Source: Acidobacteriota bacterium (lineage in GTDB: Bacteria > Acidobacteriota > UBA890 > WLXD01). Taken from it: a stretch of 64,000 bases of DNA. Below, piece by piece: positions 59,468-64,000 of this stretch (its first letter is position 1; every line of letters begins with the position of its first letter). Both the position numbers and the translations under genes were made by a program. The DNA lies in contig CBDBHB010000006.1 of assembly GCA_965205505.1 (NCBI GenBank), forward strand, positions 352,001-416,000, in the 5' to 3' direction. The notes under the pieces are model-generated. The model ran no database searches and had not been told where the DNA came from. It saw only the letters and a program-made list of their open reading frames with translations.

Positions 59468-62332
59468 ATGACCAATCAACGCCAACGCATCGACGCTCTC
59501 CAGATCGTCGGGCTCATTGCCCTTGCCGGCGCGCTGGTCTTCCTCGGGGCGATTTCGTTCACTAACCAGCTGAGCTGGCGTGAGCCTACCGACGGAGTGC
59601 GATGGGAGCTGCGCGACGATCAGGTCACGGCCGCCGAGGTCGAGACGGCTGGAGCTGGCGCCGACGCGGGACTACACGCCGGCGACACGCTGATGAGCAT
59701 CGACGGTCAGCCACCAATCGACCCGCTGGTGGTGGAGATCATGCTCTTCAATCGCGACGTCGGTGAGCGTGTCGAGTACATGGTGCACCGAGCCGGCGCC
59801 GATATTCTTGTTCCGGTGATCGTCGGCGGTCGACGGGTGGAGACAGGCTACTACTACTATCTGGCGTTCGTCGGGCTGGCGTTCCTGCTGGTCGGGATCT
59901 TCGCGTTGCTGCGCGGCTCCGATTCGTCGAGCCGTCGGTTCTTTGTGCTCGCGATTGCGTTCTACTTGCTCTTCACGCTGTCGGCTACGACACGCGATGC
60001 TGACCCGTGGAACAACGTCATCTCGTGGCTCGATCAGATTGCCAGGGCCGTTGTGCCGGGCCTGTTCGTCTATTTCGCGCTGACGTTCCCGCGGCCCAAG
60101 CGGGAGTTCGAGGCGGCGCGGTCGCCGCTGACCCTGGCGATCTTCGCACCTGGTGTTCTCCTGTTCGCGATCAACCTGCTGTCTCGGTTCGCCAGCCGTT
60201 GGATGGGGCTGTCTGCCGTCGGCGCCGATCGTCTGTTTCAGATCGGAGCACGCGGCGAGCTCTTGTATTTTGCGCTTGCGATCGTACTCGGGGTGGCGAC
60301 GTTCGCGCACACGTTGCGAAGTTCCACGAGTCCGGCCGAGCGTATGCGGCTCAAGTGGCTGGTCGGCGGCCTAGCGGTCGGATTCCTGCCGTTTCTGGTG
60401 ATCTACCTGCCGATGGAGATGCTCGGGCTCGAGTACGTGCCGCTGACCAACCTGTCGATGATCCCGCTGATGCTGGTGCCGTTATCGTTTGCCTACGCGG
60501 CAGTCGGCTTTCGCCTCTGGGACGTCGAGGTAATCCTCAAACAGAGCATTACCTACGCCGTGGCGATCTTGGTCGTGCTCGGTGTGTATTTCGCCTCGCA
60601 ATGGTCGCTGGCGCGTCTGCTCGGCCCCGAGGACCAGCTCGTGCAGACAGCGTCGCTCCTGGCCATGTTGCTGGTGGCGATCGGTTTCGCACCGTTGCGC
60701 GAAAAACTCAGTGATCTCGCCGATCGTCTCTACTATCACGACAGCTACAGGGCTCGCCGTACGCTCATGGACTTCGGGCGCGAGCTCAACAGTGAAACTG
60801 ACCTTTCGCGCGTCGTCGACCTACTCGCGCGACGGGTTCGCGAGACCCTGCACGTGGGTCGTGTTGCCGTGCTGCTGCGAGCGCGGGAGCGCGACCCGCT
60901 GCGCATCGTTCCACCCAACGGCGCACTGACGGAGGGCCGACAACTGTCGTCGACGTTCTCCCAGTTCGTAGCAGGCGCACTGTCTAGGCGCGAATTTCTC
61001 TACGTCGACGACCTCGGAGACCTGCTCGACGAAAACCCCGACGATGGCGAGATCCTCGAGGCCGAGGACCTGTCGTACTTTCTACCGTTGGACGTCAAGG
61101 GCGACATCATCGGCGTGCTCGCGCTGGGCAGAAAGCTCTCCGGCGACTACTTGTCGACGGAGGATCTCAAGGTACTGCAGCCGCTGGCGGCGCACCTCGC
61201 GCTGGCAATCGACAACGCCCTGCTGTACCGCGAAGTGCAGCGTCGCGCCGGCGAGCTCGAGCGCCTGAAAGAGTACAGCGAGAACGTTGTCGAGAGCATC
61301 AAAGCCGGCGTCATGGTGCTGGACGAAAATGGCCGTGTGCAGTCATGGAACCGCTCGCTGGCGCGCTTGTACGGTATCGAGCCCGAGCAAGCCATGGGGC
61401 TGGCGCTTGAAGAGCTGTTTCCTGCCAGCTTCAACCGGGTGCTCTCCGATGCGCGTGCCAAGCTGCACCGTGGCCTCGAGCCGGTGACTTCCGCCTATCG
61501 CATTCCACTCCGCACGCGCGCCGGAAAGGACTGCGTCGTCACGTTTTCGATGGCGCCCCTGGTCGGTGAGCAGGGCGGCGAGGGCACGGTGATCATCGTC
61601 GACGACGTCACCGAGCGGGCCGAGCTTGAATCACAGCTACAGCAGGCCGAGAAGCTCACATCGGTCGGGCTCCTCGCCGCCGGTGTGGCGCATGAGGTGA
61701 ATACACCGCTGACCGGCATCTCGAGCTACGTGCAGATGCTGCAGCGCCGGCTTCCGAAGTCCGACCCGCACCTCGCTATCCTCGAGAAGATCGAAAAGCA
61801 ATCGTTCCGTGCCTCGCAGATCGTCAACAATTTGCTGAACTTCTCACGCCAGGAGACGGGCGACTTCAGACACGTCCATCTCAACGATATGGTACACGAC
61901 ACGCTGGCGCTGGCGGAGATCCAGCTCAACAAGCGCAACATCAAGATCACCACCAAGCTTGGCGACGTAGCGCCGGTGACCGGCGACCCGATCAAGCTGC
62001 AGCAGGTGCTCATGAACTTACTGCTCAACGCTCGCGACGCGATGCCTACCGGTGGTGAGTTGCGCATCGAGACGACGCAGAACAACGGCGACTCGATGCT
62101 ACGGGTCAGCGATACGGGGACGGGCATCAAGGAAAGCGACCTCGACAAGGTCTACGACCCGTTCTTCACGACCAAGGGCATTGGCAAAGGTACCGGCCTC
62201 GGGCTGTCGGTGAGCTACGGGATCATTCAGGAGCACCGCGGCACGATCGCCGTGGAGAGCGATCCGGATACGGGCACGACGTTCCGCATCACCCTGCCTT
62301 CGACGAGCGCCGACTGGCACACCACCTCCTAG
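59468..62332 (+). CDS. Membrane sensor histidine kinase (PDZ, multi-TM, GAF, PAS, HisKA, HATPase)
   Basis: AGL..GD.L.SIDG, AHEVNTPL, NLLLNARDAM, DTGTGI, PFFTTK, GTGLGL. Confidence 0.92.
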   Translation: MTNQRQRIDALQIVGLIALAGALVFLGAISFTNQLSWREPTDGVRWELRDDQVTAAEVETAGAGADAGLHAGDTLMSIDGQPPIDPLVVEIMLFNRDVGERVEYMVHRAGADILVPVIVGGRRVETGYYYYLAFVGLAFLLVGIFALLRGSDSSSRRFFVLAIAFYLLFTLSATTRDADPWNNVISWLDQIARAVVPGLFVYFALTFPRPKREFEAARSPLTLAIFAPGVLLFAINLLSRFASRWMGLSAVGADRLFQIGARGELLYFALAIVLGVATFAHTLRSSTSPAERMRLKWLVGGLAVGFLPFLVIYLPMEMLGLEYVPLTNLSMIPLMLVPLSFAYAAVGFRLWDVEVILKQSITYAVAILVVLGVYFASQWSLARLLGPEDQLVQTASLLAMLLVAIGFAPLREKLSDLADRLYYHDSYRARRTLMDFGRELNSETDLSRVVDLLARRVRETLHVGRVAVLLRARERDPLRIVPPNGALTEGRQLSSTFSQFVAGALSRREFLYVDDLGDLLDENPDDGEILEAEDLSYFLPLDVKGDIIGVLALGRKLSGDYLSTEDLKVLQPLAAHLALAIDNALLYREVQRRAGELERLKEYSENVVESIKAGVMVLDENGRVQSWNRSLARLYGIEPEQAMGLALEELFPASFNRVLSDARAKLHRGLEPVTSAYRIPLRTRAGKDCVVTFSMAPLVGEQGGEGTVIIVDDVTERAELESQLQQAEKLTSVGLLAAGVAHEVNTPLTGISSYVQMLQRRLPKSDPHLAILEKIEKQSFRASQIVNNLLNFSRQETGDFRHVHLNDMVHDTLALAEIQLNKRNIKITTKLGDVAPVTGDPIKLQQVLMNLLLNARDAMPTGGELRIETTQNNGDSMLRVSDTGTGIKESDLDKVYDPFFTTKGIGKGTGLGLSVSYGIIQEHRGTIAVESDPDTGTTFRITLPSTSADWHTTS

Positions 62333-62381
62333 CCCCCCTCCCGCGAGTCGGTTGGCGCTACCGGCCGCGCAGGTAGAGCCT

Positions 62382-63779
<1,398 letters not shown>

Positions 63780-63857
63780 CGCCGCACGCTCGGCCCGTTA
63801 TCTGCCCGTCGATAGAATGCTACAGACTGGCACAACGATGCCCGGAGGCAATAGCCG

Positions 63858-64000
63858 ATGACCAAAACGACGCTCGTCTGGATGGCGGTGCTCGTGCCCG
63901 CTATTGGAGGAGGCGCTCATTCGCAGGCGGCGGGGTTCGAGCGCCACGACGTGCCCGTGGCGACTCCCGCGTACAACCTGCAACAGGGCGACTTCGACGG
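63858..64000 (+). CDS. Start of a secreted protein, probably FG-GAP/VCBS repeat; runs off the window
   Basis: GGAGG RBS; signal peptide MTKTTLVWMAVLV..; ends in GDFD. Confidence 0.55.
   Translation, partial: MTKTTLVWMAVLVPAIGGGAHSQAAGFERHDVPVATPAYNLQQGDFD

Noticed and set aside
63828-63841. Sigma-54-like TGGCACAACGATGC
   Set aside because: GG-GC spacing is 9 rather than 10, and it is too close to the RBS.

Overview
GC-rich bacterial chromosomal window, densely coding. The gene repertoire (Acidobacterial-type VWA protein, CRTAC1/FG-GAP, DUF5916, Ser/Thr kinase-TPR, BlaI/M56) suggests Acidobacteriota; this is an inference. The left ~40 kb is accessory metabolism: amidohydrolases, a C69 peptidase, transporters, acyl-CoA ligases, crotonyl-CoA carboxylase/reductase and a ComD/ComE-like decarboxylase. 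The right part has core genes (hflX, HU, gltX, two tRNA-Ser, serS, galU, polA) and a sigma-54 two-component system. I found no CRISPR array, integrase, transposase or prophage, and no clearly new multi-gene system. The most notable features are: (1) a ~1.2 kb reciprocal inversion with both breakpoints inside genes (~30632-31830), splitting a kinase-TPR gene and an ACE-like M2 peptidase gene; (2) a 176-bp hairpin MITE bounded by CTAG, plus scattered remnants that often supply stop codons; (3) a three-gene ECF sigma operon in which every gene is frameshifted; (4) a probable ATA start codon for hflX; (5) a CCR with Gln at the conserved CO2-pocket Glu position; (6) a BlaR1-like protein with two repeat arrays. 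All product calls come from motif recognition by eye, not database searches.
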